Assembly: GCA_012295275.1 (NCBI GenBank)
Contig: CM022673.1
Coordinates: forward strand, 15,376,001 to 15,440,000
DNA from: Chrysomallon squamiferum
Taxonomy: Eukaryota > Animalia > Mollusca
Reading direction: 5' to 3'
Length of the DNA stretch: 64,000 nt
How positions within the stretch are numbered: position 1 is the first letter of the stretch; each line of letters opens with the position of its first letter. Both the position numbers and the translations under genes were made by a program. Of this stretch, positions 29,716 to 43,349 are shown piece after piece. The notes below the pieces were generated by a model. That model worked only from the letters and a program-made list of their open reading frames with translations, made no database searches and was not told the origin of the DNA.

Positions 29716-29976
29716 AATTTAACTGTTACCGCATTGTCAATGAAACTGCAACCTACAACGGAATCAAATCGACAACTTTAAGTGGACTGAAATGTCAAAG
29801 ATGGGACGCCCAATTCCCTCACGTTCACCTGTTCACGCAAAACAAACTGTTTCCAGATGGCTCAGTATATCAAGCTGAAAATCACTGCCGAGATCCTAGT
29901 CACAGTGGTTTTCCATGATGTTACACCATGTCTACCACAACCAAGTGGGAACCATGCGGCATTCCTCGATGTCAAG
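29716..29976 (+). pseudogene. Unit C kringle exon 1 with nonsense codon
   Basis: Full kringle, but GFP*C: TGA at 29916-29918 replaces the conserved Trp. Confidence 0.9.
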
Positions 29977-29981
29977 GTTCT

Positions 29982-30142
<161 letters not shown>

Positions 30143-30429
30143 GATACTCTCTCTACACCTACATACATGTAATTACTGATAATATGAATATATAAACCTG
30201 GGTGTACAATATGAATATATCAACCTGCATGTACAACGTCTGATGTAAATAAATATCAGTAATAATAATGATGATGATGATGATATTAGTGACTGTGATA
30301 ATGATGATAAATCAATGAAAAATCAATGAATGAATTAATGAAAGAATAAATAAATAGATAAGTAAGTAAATAAATAAAAGTATTTCAATTATCACTCTAA
30401 ATTATTCACTTTATTCACGTTTTCACCAG

Positions 30430-30602
30430 GAGATGACTGCTACCATGTAAAAAGTGGTTACGCTGTATATAACGGGACGCAGAATGTAACACGTAATAAT
30501 TATCCATGTATGAGATGGGACTATCAGAAACCCCACAACCATCAATTCATCAAGCCTGAATTTTTTAACGTAAAAGATTTATCTGCTGCTCAAGATTTCT
30601 GT
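30430..30602 (+). pseudogene. Unit C kringle exon 2 truncated by (CT)n
   Basis: GDDCYHVKSGYAVY..CMRWD..PHNH..QDFC runs directly into a microsatellite; RDP..WC..C..C and the donor are absent. Confidence 0.88.
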
Positions 30603-30611
30603 CTCTCTCTG

Positions 30612-30721
<110 letters not shown>

Positions 30722-31008
30722 TTTCATTTTATACACACGTTTCAGCTTTTATATTTTCTTTCTTACGTTCTCTCTCTGTGTGTCTCAGTCGTTATACATA
30801 TATTTATTTTTCTCCGTTTTCCTCTTTCTATCTCTAGTTTAGTGTTTCTATCAGTCATTTCCAACACACTTTGTTTTTATCTCAAGTTAACAGACCGTCA
30901 TTTTAAAACAGTATAACTTTGTATTTCCTTTTGTAAATATTAATTTAAAGATCATCAGACACATCCTTTTCAAAAGTAAGTATCATGTATGTTAAATGGA
31001 ATTTTAAG

Positions 31009-31260
31009 ATTGCTTCGTTTTTGTCAAACGCCGCGCTGTCTACCTGGGAAATAAGAACAAAACAGTCAGTGGATTGAAGTGTCAGAATTGGGAAAGTTAT
31101 TCACCACATGATCATAACTTTTCTGCTGAGAATTTTCCAGAGCATTCTCTACCCACCGCCATGAACTTCTGTCGTGATCCTGATGGTACAGGTGAACCAT
31201 GGTGCTTCACGACGAAAGATGAACCTCAAAGAGAGACGTGTGGTATAATGCCTTGTCCAG
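31009..31260 (+). CDS. Unit C kringle exon 3 (open frame)
   Basis: [33 protein letters not shown]; ttaag|..G|gttggc; 252 nt. Confidence 0.8.
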
Positions 31261-31305
31261 GTTGGCACATTTAGAGTGAACGCTTGAGAAAACAAACATC
31301 TGATA

Positions 31306-31382
31306 TCTCACACACATCACTTCAGCAAGCCTGAATATTAAAACATTTATCTGATGTTGAAAGTTTCTGCCGTGATCCATAT
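31306..31382 (+). pseudogene. Intronic remnant of a kringle-2-type exon
   Basis: HTHHFSKPEY/KHLSDVESFCRDP (frameshifted) resembles HTHSFTVPGLFNVKRLSDVANYCRDP. Confidence 0.75.
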
Positions 31383-31625
31383 AGTGCACATAATGCTTTT
31401 TATTTGGTTATCGATTCCTTCTCAGAGTTTCTTCAGTATTTTCATCGCCAATATATAGAGCAAAAACAATGCATTCCATGTATAAAGTGTAACAAAGTAC
31501 TTGATATATTTTTATGCTGGGACTAGCGTAATTGACTTAAACAAAACAGGTCAAGGACTTCAACCTAGTAATTTATATAATTATGCTTGATATAGACTTT
31601 TAAATCAGAATTATTTGTTTTTCAG

Positions 31626-31889
31626 AAACCGACTGCTTCACCTGGGACAACAAACAAATTTTGTATCAAGGTAATACGCAGATGACAGTTTCAGGATACA
31701 TTTGCCAAAGGTGGGACACCACTATTCCTCATACCCACGTCTATGGAAATAAAAAGTATTTTCCAGATACTTCCGTAGCGAAAGCATCTAACTACTGTCG
31801 CGATCCTGGTAACAACACGAGAGGTCTTTGGTGTTACACCATTGATCCAATTTTAAGATGGGACTACTGTGGCGTACCCGAATGTAAAA
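31626..31889 (+). CDS. Unit C kringle exon 4 (open frame)
   Basis: ETDCF..CQRWD..PHTH..NYCRDPGNNTRGLWCY..WDYC; ttcag|..A|gttcgt; 264 nt. Confidence 0.8.
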
Positions 31890-32003
31890 GTTCGTATCAA
31901 CATATAACGTCCAATTTTTGGTCTTTTTTCTTTCTTTTTTTAAATCATACGATACAGGCTATACAAACGACATCCAAAGACTTCAGTTATGAAAACCCTC
32001 TCG

Positions 32004-32066
<63 letters not shown>

Positions 32067-32519
32067 TAAATGTGAATTTGTACCATATTCTTCCGTATAT
32101 TGGTTTTAGTTCTGTTACTTATGTAGCAGCCGCAATATCAACAGCTATTATATCAAAAAAGTTTAAATGTGTATGTATTTGTTTGTTTCTTGCGTGTGCG
32201 TGTGTGTGTAATCATTCTAATTTTACTTTTAGAAAAATAATTATGTTAATTTAATATGCTTTAATCATATTTCATTCATTATGAGATCAGAAATATTTCT
32301 CTATTTCATGAGTAACGCAATGGGTCAAAGTTTATTCACAAAACTGATTTTTTTTGTTAACTCAAATTTCTAACATTAACGTGTGTCTCATAATTTCAAA
32401 GCAGCAAACTAGACCAAAATAAGAATATTAAGGCTATTAAATCACCATTACTAAATTATCTTTTATAATGTCAAAAGAATCACTTGAAATAATATGAAAG
32501 CATAAAATATTTTCTGAAA

Positions 32520-33598
32520 GCAGGTACCCGAAAACTGGAATTAAAGTAATGTGCTTGGTCAGTGTATCCTCCGTCACAAACATAGCTAAAAGTTTATGTG
32601 AAAATCTTAAGGGATATAGTTATTTCCTTTCTAATTCTGTTAGCTCTAGCCAAGTCAAGGTTTAAACAATATCTCAGTCGGTCTTGAAACAATATGATTT
32701 GAATTTGAAGAAGTAAAGAAAACGAGTAACATCCCTTCAAATGTAACATTATTCGGTGAGAAAGAGTGGATGCTGTAACATCCGTGACATTCCTGTAAGT
32801 CATAAAACCTTGAAATGGTCACCCAGAGAGGACAAAACCTTCTTTATTAAAGAAATGAAGAAAAATGTACCCCCATCTACCATGATCAGTGAAAAGGGGA
32901 AGCAAGTTGCCATGATTTTAATTAACCCTACATTTCGATACAAGACCACAGTAATCCTAAATATGATAGAAGATGATATATTAAAATCAGGCTGGACTGA
33001 TTTTTGGCTTCAAGCTGACAGTTACTAGATCGATATTATCTTTAGAATAATTGCAGTCTGCTGTAAGACAATGGACGCACTGAAAAATCCTAGGTGGCTT
33101 CGGTATAAATTTGAATGACTATGAAAATTTACTTAAGTCTTCAAGTCCACTCCATTTATTGATCATACATTAAAATGTTTTTGTCAAAACAGCAGTGAAT
33201 TATATACTTCTTCTTGTGGACACAGAACTTTATTTTATATCAGCGGACAAGATATAACATCCGTCACGTACAATTATGTAGTAATTTTCCAGATACTTCT
33301 ATTACCTAGCTAAATTATAATAGATAGTCTTCTACAGCCGTTCAGACAATTTTGAAATTAACTTAGTTGTTTTTCAACTATATCATTTTGATGTAACATC
33401 CGTTACGCACATATCTCTGATTACCAATCAAGTCACAGATATCCCTGCAGCCTTTTTCGCTGTAATTCGAAAGAGCCTTGAAATGAGACAAATCTCTTAT
33501 TCAGAACCAAGTTTCTGGAGGTAAGACTTTACCAATCGAGCAGTTGGAATGACCTCCAACCCCTTCTGAATGTAACGTCCGTCACCGTGGAATTGTCC
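32520..33598 (+). mobile_element. Degraded DNA transposon fragment with repeated subterminal motif
   Basis: Motif TGTAACATCCGT(C/G/T)AC or variants at 32563, 32774, 33253, 33392 and 33571; TIR-like end ccgtggaattgtcc; ORF piece KWSPREDKTF..PP..ISEKG looks like a transposase C-terminus; family not determined. Confidence 0.45.
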
Positions 33599-33764
33599 AG
33601 TAGTTTTTGACAGCAGCAACTGATTTTATTACCAAATGGATTAGTCTATCGATCATTCGAAGTAAATAGTAAGTTTAACATACTACGTGTTTAATATAAA
33701 ACAACAGTAATTACTTATCATAAATATTACATTTTGTTGGTTAATGTATCCGAAATATTCTCAG

Positions 33765-34025
33765 ATATGGAATGCTACTATATATTGAGTGGATGGATTG
33801 TTTACGCTGGTACACTGAATTCCACAGTCAAGGGTTACACATGCCAAAGGTGGGACTCGGTAGTGCCTCATATGCATGTATATTCAATAGCGGCAAAAAT
33901 TAACTCTGACCCGAAAAAACTAACCGAGAACTTCTGCCGGGATCCAGCTAACGACGGATTCTTGTGGTGCTATACCACTAATCCCGACGTAAGATGGGAC
34001 ACATGCTTTGTTCCACTCTGTAAAG
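33765..34025 (+). CDS. Unit C kringle exon 5 (open frame)
   Basis: DMECY..CQRWD..PHMHVY..NFCRDPANDGFLWCYTTNP..; ctcag|..G|gtttgt; 261 nt. Confidence 0.8.
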
Positions 34026-34117
34026 GTTTGTGTATTTTGTATTTTATTTTATTGTTTGTTCTTCGTCATGGTATACTGAAAAAACTTTTAAAACGAAATA
34101 ACACTTATCCCAGCTAA

Positions 34118-34185
<68 letters not shown>

Positions 34186-34743
34186 CCTTTGGGAAATTAC
34201 CTATATATCTTTCTAAATATCAGATTTTATCAATTTAAATCAACACACATTTTTAATAAATAATTTATTTGTAGTCAAACATTTTTATATCAAAACTGAC
34301 ATTTCTGTAGATTTGTTTTTTCATTCTTCTTCTACAAACCTGATAATAGTAATTAGAAATTGATCAGTTATACTTGATTTCTTTTTGTCAGTATTTAGTG
34401 TGATTCTTAATAATTAGGTGGGCTAAGTACATTTTTATTTATCGTTATTATTAGTTTTTGCATTATTGTTGATATTATATTTATCAGTATTATTATCAGT
34501 ATCTTTTTTGTCTCAAAAATAGTATATTTCTAACAAAAAAGATTCATGTTTACTTTTTTGTTTCTTTTACTTTTGTTTTTAAAATAATAAACAAATAAAG
34601 AAATGGAAACGTACTAACGCTAGTGATGGAAAGATATTAAAAATAAAATAAAATAAATAAATTGATAAATATCGCTTTTTCTATTCATGACCTATTATGG
34701 TTAAAGTATTAAATGCAACGTGCCTGGTGTTTGTTATGGTATC

Positions 34744-34793
<50 letters not shown>

Positions 34794-35025
34794 TTTTGCA
34801 TGCTTATAATTTCCAATTCTTACGAATAATCTAAATACTGTTCATTTTATCTTTCAGATTCACACATCAGATCATACTAAGTGTAGTCTTAGATTACATT
34901 TACTCTGTATTCTGTGAAAAATAAAGTGAAATAATGCATTACAGTATGTTTTGATTCTCTCTTGTTGTGGTTTATGCTTTTTAATCGTCTTTATTTTTCT
35001 TCTTTTCTTTTTCTTTTCTTAATTC

Positions 35026-35152
<127 letters not shown>

Positions 35153-35901
35153 TAATAAACTTATAACAGACCACTGTATTATGATGGTGATGGCTGCTGA
35201 TCGAGATTTAATTTAAATTAGTTTTAACTGAACAAACAAATTATTAAAAAGTATAATAAAATTTTAATGGGGATGCTAAAAATAAATAAATAAATATGTA
35301 TATACCAAATAAAATAAAATAATATATTATTGAAAACTATGAATTCAAAAATAGACGTATAATGAATAATGCATCCAAATTACGTATACAAGTAGTTACA
35401 TAACAAGCTTTCACGTTAAAAGCAGTGTGCAGTATCCATATTAATACGACATTAATTATTGTAAACGCACTGTTTTGATATCAGTATTGAGGCGAAAAGA
35501 TACAACATGTATTAAAAGTCATGTTTATGTCTATGAAGAGTACAGCTGATTCGTTAGTTCCTTAATTAGGAAAAGCTCCACGTAAACTTATAATGTGCAT
35601 CACTGTCTTAAAATTGACAGAATTAACAATATTTCTTCCCTGACAACAACAACAAAATACTAATACTATGATTAATAACAATAATTAATAGTAATAACAA
35701 CAGCAGTAAGAACAGTAACAACAACAATTATAACAACAACAATAATAATAAAGGAACGCTCCGTACACTAAACCATTCCGATATCTTGTCTAAGGAGACA
35801 AAGTAACGAGATAATTACATTTACTGATAAGATAGTTTATTATATACAATACTTTATAAGTACAGAAAAAATAATTTGCTGCACAAAAGGAACTCTTAAA
35901 T

Positions 35902-35932
<31 letters not shown>

Positions 35933-37046
35933 AAAGATAAATAAACTGACGACAAATAGAATAAAATAAAATACAGTAAAATAGGACAAATAAATGGTCT
36001 GAAACGAAAAAAAAAAATATGTCTGTGTTTGTGTGTTTTTCTGCAAACCAGCGTCTACTTTTTATTTTACTTCTGTTTATTTATTTATTTTTTTATCTGT
36101 ATCTCTTTTTCTTTTGTCTGAGCTTTCTCTCCTTTTCTGTTCTATTTGTCATACTGACCCATAAATATTCACCTGTCTGTATGTGTGTGTGCGTCTGTAT
36201 TTGTGTGTGTGTTTGTGTGTTTGTATGTGTTTTTGCCTGTGGGTTTTTTATGTGCGTCTTTGGGTGTGTTTGTGTATATGGATGTATATATCTATGTATA
36301 TAAAAGTCTTTGTTTACTGAAAAGATTATTATGTTATTTCAAAAGCTCTTCTGGACTAAATTTATTCAAGTTCGTTTATCCTTTTTTTTTTTTTTTCTTT
36401 TTTTTTTTCTATCAGTGTTCAGAATAGTTCAAATGAAATTGTAAGAACATCAAAAAAACGAAAAAAAAATGTGTTATGTGGTAAAGGGATGTCATATGCC
36501 AATTAAATATTTCCCACAGAAAGAGAAAGGAAAAAAACAAAAAAAAAACAGACAAAGAAAAGGAAAAATAAATTTTAAAAAATGAAATTCTTAAATACGG
36601 TACTGAGACAAGACAAATCTAAAAATAAAGAAGTATATTTTATTTTATTCCAGACTGATGAAGTGTTTAATATCAGAAAGCAGGGTTACACAAGACTAGA
36701 AATGAATTTAGAGATGAAGTAATAAAAGAAACAAACAACAAGACTGCCACACTGCGCATTAAATAAATAAACATATAATAAATAAATAAAATTAATAAAT
36801 AAACAAACAAATTAAGAAAGAAAGAAAAAAAAAGAAAGAACGAAAGAAAATAATATCTTAAGTAGTTTGAATATAGTAAAAGTCTGTATTATTTAACAGA
36901 TATTATGTGCCGCAGTCTACCGCCGCAAAACTTACTTACCTGATATGTAAAAACCAGATGTTCTCGACATGTTAATTTAATGTACAGCACTGATGGATAA
37001 TCAATTTCCTACTATATTTAAAATAAGAGAAAACAAGAAGTAGAAA

Positions 37047-37149
<103 letters not shown>

Positions 37150-38339
37150 GAATTAAGAAAAGAAAAAAGAAAAGAAGAAAAACAAAGACGATTAAAAAGC
37201 ATAAACCACAACAAAAAAACACTAAAAAGACACCCGGAAATAAGAATACTCTAAGTGTATTATCCGAATTTTTGTTTTATAACTCTCTACTCTATCAATT
37301 TTATATATATATATATATACACACACAAACAAACTCACATAAATAAATACAACGAGAACACAACTAGCTGTGCTATTACAAATATCTTTCAGAAAAAATT
37401 AAAATAAAAAGCAGTACGGAAATATAAAAATACACTGAGAGGTGCTGTACGAAACTAATGTATTATTTAAATAAAACATACACACACATCGAGCCACAAA
37501 CTCATCCACCACCCCCATACATATCCACCCCATCTCACACATGCACACATTTAAAAATTAAAAATTATACATGTATAAAATATATCGGCTCCAATTTAAT
37601 CCATATAAAATATATGAAGGAGCACCATTCTTCAGAATAATTGTTGTTTTCATTGTAATCAGGATATCAAGACTCATTATTCCAATATGCATTTTATCAT
37701 GGAGATCATAAAAATCAGAAATGTGGGTAAAGCATTTGTCAGCATTGTCACATTGCTGATGTAGATTAACTGGGCCTTAGTCATAGTTCAAAGTCATAAT
37801 CCAAACTTTACTTTTAGCAAGCATCTGGCTTCATCCAAAAGCTCTTAAAGAGTTTTGCCGTCTTTTCGACAATAAGTAACTACTTCATTTTGTTGATCTT
37901 GTAGATGTTTGATTTATAGACCCCTTGAAATGCTACTGTCTCAGAATATATGTAAATTTTTATAAATAAAAAGTAAACATTTGTTGTTTACATCTTGTCT
38001 AGTTACATCGTAGACTTCCAGCGAAGTTAGATTCATCTTTTCAGACATAAACTGACAGAAATTAATGGACATCGTTATTTCTTTGAACGCATTACAACAT
38101 CATAAACATGATTATAGTTGTGAGGTAAATCTGACTGACTAAAGATATATCCATTGTTATATTTCACTGTAACAGCTTACACGTCCCTGCCTTATCAGAA
38201 AATCGATTCTTATTTTATAACGCCATTCTTTTTAATATTGTGCATCTTACAACTGTGATTATTAGGATTACTCTAAGTTTCCTGCTTTCTGAGTGAAATC
38301 AAACAAAGGTTGTAAGTACTTTTGATTTGGTTATTACTG

Positions 38340-38413
<74 letters not shown>

Positions 38414-38513
38414 ATTTTAGTTACATTTACGTTTTACATAGACATGAATATTGCATTTTTCGAAATACATTTTTTTTTTAAAGCTTGGTTTTAACGGATT
38501 TTTAATGATTAAT

Positions 38514-38574
38514 AAATTATTAATATATTTTATCATGTAAAAAAAAAAAAAATGATAAAATATATTAATAATTT
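38514..38574. repeat. Perfect 23-bp inverted repeat with poly-A spacer
   Basis: aaattattaatatattttatcat / atgataaaatatattaataattt. Confidence 0.85.
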
Positions 38575-38929
38575 GTTTGAAGAATTTTTATTATTGTAAA
38601 TTATTGTTCACAACATTGCACTTAACACAGTCTAATTTCACAGTAAGGCATTTGCAGACGCCAATAATTTCAGTGATCTTGTAGAGGTTTGATTTGTATG
38701 TGTGTTGTTACTGTTGTTACTATCATCATCATCATTATAATTATAATTATCGTCACCATTGTTTTTATTGTTATTATTGTAACTATTACTCTTATTTGTA
38801 CATTTTATGTACTTAGTTATACAATTGTTTTAATTTTTGTTTTTAATTCTATAACTTAGTAATCACGCTGAAGCTAAAAGTGTGGTGTTTTGTTTATACT
38901 GCCTATTTTTTGCTTATCAATAAAAGTGT

Positions 38930-38999
<70 letters not shown>

Positions 39000-39013
39000 T
39001 GCATCATTACATC

Positions 39014-39061
<48 letters not shown>

Positions 39062-39257
39062 ACACTATAATCATAAAGTTTGTATCAGTGTTATATGCTC
39101 TGTGATAGTTATTTTCAGAGAGCCTATTCGTGGAAGGTCACTGACACTATCTGGTCCTTAGTTTTATCGCTTTCACATTATTCTTCGTTGTGCCAGCTAG
39201 TTCAAGGACGAGAAGTGTATCGTATATAAACTGAGTGAACTTAATAGTTATCAGGAC

Positions 39258-39373
<116 letters not shown>

Positions 39374-39636
39374 TTCAATATCATTCTTTGTGTATTGCAT
39401 TATATTTTCTTTTGATACTCTCCAGAATCTCTTACATTTATTTCTTCTGCCTTAACAGCAATTGCAAATATATATACAATGTATAATATATTATAATACA
39501 TTAGGTATGTTTTTATAAATTTTAAAAATATATTGTAAAAATGTTGTCTCTGAATTTTACTGACTTGTCTATATCTGGGCTATAAAAATTGTGGTTTCCA
39601 GATACGTAAACAAGTTCTTTTCCCGAAATCTTCACA

Positions 39637-39706
39637 ATGGAACTGCTTCTAATGAATGTGTTGGTTTTGTTATTCTCCGATTATGTTGTGCCCCTCTATG
39701 AAGATG
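39637..39706 (+). CDS. Gene D signal-peptide coding segment (MELLLMNVLVLLFSDYVVPLYED)
   Basis: acaATGG context, 70 nt, G|gtaaga; TATAAAA about 55 nt upstream, or an acceptor at 39600-39601. Confidence 0.8.
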
Positions 39707-40176
39707 GTAAGAAAAAATCAAGTTCTTCAACAAGCAGGAAAGGACAGTGGATTATCTTATTATAAAAATATAAATGTATTTAAAAATATAAATAATGACA
39801 ACAATGTTTTAACATACCAAATAAGCATCGTAAGAGATAATCTGGTCCAAAAAGAAAATAAATATTTATGTGCGATTTCCCTGAAATACTTGTTCTGGCA
39901 GTTCAACCAATACTTTACCTTGTAAGATCAATGCCTCAACGATTACACCTCTCTCTGTCTCTCTCTCTGTCTCTCTGTGTGTGTCTCTCCCTCTATCTTT
40001 CTTTATCTCTCTCTGCAAAATACGTACTCTCAGACACATACACACACGCACGCACACACATATACACACATGCACGTACACACATACACACACACGCACA
40101 TACAAACATACACACACACACACACACACACACAGAAAAAAAACCAACAACACTAACATTTATTTATATATTGCAG

Positions 40177-40437
40177 ATGCCGACTGTTATGTTTTCATCA
40201 ACGGTAGAGCTGAATATACCGGCGAAAAGAACACTACAAAATCGGGACTGAAATGCCAAAGATGGGACAGGCAATGGCCACATCCACACCCCTACACCAG
40301 TCTCTCGTTGTATCCAGACATAAGTCTAAGATCCGCTCAAAACTACTGCCGTGACCCAGACGCTTCTGGCTTTCCATGGTGTCTCACTACCGATCCTAAC
40401 ATTGTTGTAGAGCGCTGCGCTATTCCTATTTGTCCAA
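40177..40437 (+). CDS. Gene D kringle exon 1
   Basis: DADCY..CQRWDRQWPHPH..NYCRDPDASGFPWC..; gcag|..A|gttagt; 261 nt. Confidence 0.93.
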
Positions 40438-40444
40438 GTTAGTA

Positions 40445-40554
<110 letters not shown>

Positions 40555-40782
40555 ATCTGAATCTCTGTGTGTCTCTCTCTATCAGAAAGATATCAATAGC
40601 ACATTTATGAGAAAAAAATAATAACTGCTCTTTAAAACGATTCAGTAAACATTAATTTTTGTACTGTTACAATATCGCATTTGTTTTTACTTCTTATATC
40701 TCTCTAGGTGTGCAAAATGACTGGAAAATACAACGATAACAACAACAACAACAAAAACAACAACAATAATAATAATAATATT

Positions 40783-40820
<38 letters not shown>

Positions 40821-40822
40821 GG

Positions 40823-40862
<40 letters not shown>

Positions 40863-40905
40863 GGAACAAACTGTGTCAGTAATAACATCTATATTTGTTT
40901 TTTAG

Positions 40906-41160
40906 AATGTTACGCAACAAAGTACGGTAAAGTGCAATACACAGGTAAGAAAACATGGACAAAAACTAGACTCAGATGTCAACGATGGGATAAGCAAACC
41001 CCTCACAAACACGCTTACAATAAAGCGATTTACTTTCCGGATAAATCAGTAACTGCAGCAGAAAATTACTGTCGAGATCCGTCCCAAACAGGCTACCCGT
41101 GGTGCTACACGACTGATCCTAGAACGCTGTGGATGTCGTGTGGAATTCCTAAGTGTCCGC
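40906..41160 (+). CDS. Gene D kringle exon 2
   Basis: ECY..CQRWDKQTPHKH..NYCRDPSQTGYPWCY..; tttag|..C|gttagt; 255 nt. Confidence 0.93.
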
Positions 41161-41324
41161 GTTAGTGTCATAGTTACTTCCAAGCATATTGCCGTTTTCT
41201 ATAAAGACATTTTTGAACTGGCTTTTTAATTCAATTAAATTTGAAATAACAATAACAACAACAACAACAATAATAATAATAATAACAACAATAATAATAA
41301 TAATAACAATAATAATAATAATAA

Positions 41325-41392
<68 letters not shown>

Positions 41393-41411
41393 TTTTTGTT
41401 ATTGCTTTCAG

Positions 41412-41672
41412 AGAAAGAATGTTATTTGGTGGTGAAAGGAGAAACTGTTTACACTGGTAGAAAGAACACAACGAAGGACGGATTAAGGTGCCAAAGATGG
41501 GATCAGCAGTGGCCTCACAATCACAAGTACACTAATCCAGCATTGTTTCCGGACGAGTCGCTCAATGCAGCGGAAAATTACTGTCGCGATCCCAACAACG
41601 AAGGCGAGCCTTGGTGCCTAACCACAGATCGGTTCGTGTTCTCGAGAAGTTGTGGAATAGCCAAATGTTTGG
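41412..41672 (+). CDS. Gene D kringle exon 3
   Basis: EKECY..CQRWDQQWPHNH..NYCRDPNNEGEPWC..; ttcag|..G|gtatac; 261 nt. Confidence 0.92.
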
Positions 41673-41820
41673 GTATACAAAATTATAAAAAAAATTATTA
41701 TTATCATTCATTTTCTTTTTTTTCTTTTTTTTTATGTTCGGAAAAAGATATAAACAGTGGTTTTAAAAGCGATTATATCCAGTAAACCCATATATATATA
41801 ATAATAATATGAACAAAGAC

Positions 41821-41927
<107 letters not shown>

Positions 41928-42410
41928 ACTAATATCATAACATTGAAACGAAACTAATAATAACGGTTTTATATTAAGACTTCCTGACATAAGCTGTAAA
42001 ATAAGATTCGTGAGAAAACTAAGAAATTATCGTTAACAAATTTTTTTGTATTGTTCATTTTCGTTTTTCTTTGCTGTTTTTTTTTGTGGGTTTTTTTGTT
42101 TCTTAATTATTATTTATTTTTTTGTTTTTTTCTCAAGAAAATGAAAACGAAGATATATAAATAATTAAATAAATAAATAGTTTAAAAATGCAAAATGTTT
42201 TATGTGTCGAGTACGAGTCTACACTTGTATTCATATATTATGACAAATATCAGTTTGTTTCATTGATTCTGTAAGCCGCTAGGATCTTTAACAGGATTAT
42301 GAAAATTATTTTTACTGGTTATATTTATAACTAACGGTTGACAGATGTTTTATTTGTCCTTTTTTTTTATTGAATAATTTAAAAAATATATATATTTTAT
42401 ATTTTTTCAG

Positions 42411-42430
42411 AAACGGCTGATTGGTACTGA
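42411..42430 (+). CDS. Gene D terminal exon (ETADWY*); full model 288 aa
   Basis: ttttttcag|AA ACG GCT GAT TGG TAC TGA; 'ggtactgatg..atgaaag' also occurs in the gene A 3' region. Confidence 0.55.
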
Positions 42431-42577
42431 TGCCATGATGAAAGGAAAATATCAGCCTTCGTGTATTATTTTGTCATACTTTATTCTTAGGAAAGACTGG
42501 TCATGAGTTATAAGCAAAACAATAAGTGGAAATATATTTAAAATATCAATCAGTTATTATTATTATTGTTGTTGTTG

Positions 42578-42651
<74 letters not shown>

Positions 42652-42715
42652 AGTATGAAACCTTATTTGCTTTGTTAAAACCACTTTAAAATGAACCTTA
42701 GACTCAAAGGGTTCA

Positions 42716-43349
42716 CTCCCACCTAGCCTAAAACTTAAAAAATCTGTCTCCAACATAGCCAAAATATTGTTGGGATACCTGGGCCAAATGTTTTGATAGT
42801 AAATTGGTATTAAGGGCTATAGTCCGTTTTTTTTTTATTAAGTGAATATAGCTCAGTAGATAGCAGTACTCTGGTAGTGATGTTGATGAGTGTGTACATA
42901 TGAGTGAATAGAAAAAGCGCGAAATAACTAGATGGCATTGAGTGAACAGATGGTCATGTACAGTTTAGAGGCCAACCAAGTTACTCCTGTACCTACCATT
43001 TATGAAAAAGAGCTTATCAAGTAAGTACTATGGCCTATGAGAGACTAACAATACTTTTAAAACAGTGTATTACTAAAGGTTATTATTACTAATAGATGTA
43101 CAACTGCCCGAACAGGTAAGTTTTTTTTTTTTTTCATTACACCCAATGTATCGTCCGATACTCACGAGAATCATGCAAACTAGCCATTCCTTTTAGGGAC
43201 AGCGCTGATGTCCAGAGGTATTGCTACAGACTATAACACGAATACAATGGACTGACCAAAGTTAATCCCGTACGACCCAACTCCCACCTAGCCAGAAACC
43301 TAACCAAATCAATCTACTACAACAACACTGGGTTTTGGCTAGGTGGGAG
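42716..43349. mobile_element. Probable non-autonomous element with ctcccacctagcc direct/inverted repeats
   Basis: Motif at 42716 and 43281, inverted copy at 43331-43349; locally higher GC. Confidence 0.4.

Noticed and set aside
32563-33585. CRISPR-like array
   Set aside because: Eukaryotic context, degenerate 15-nt repeats with irregular 140-480 nt spacing, and no cas genes.
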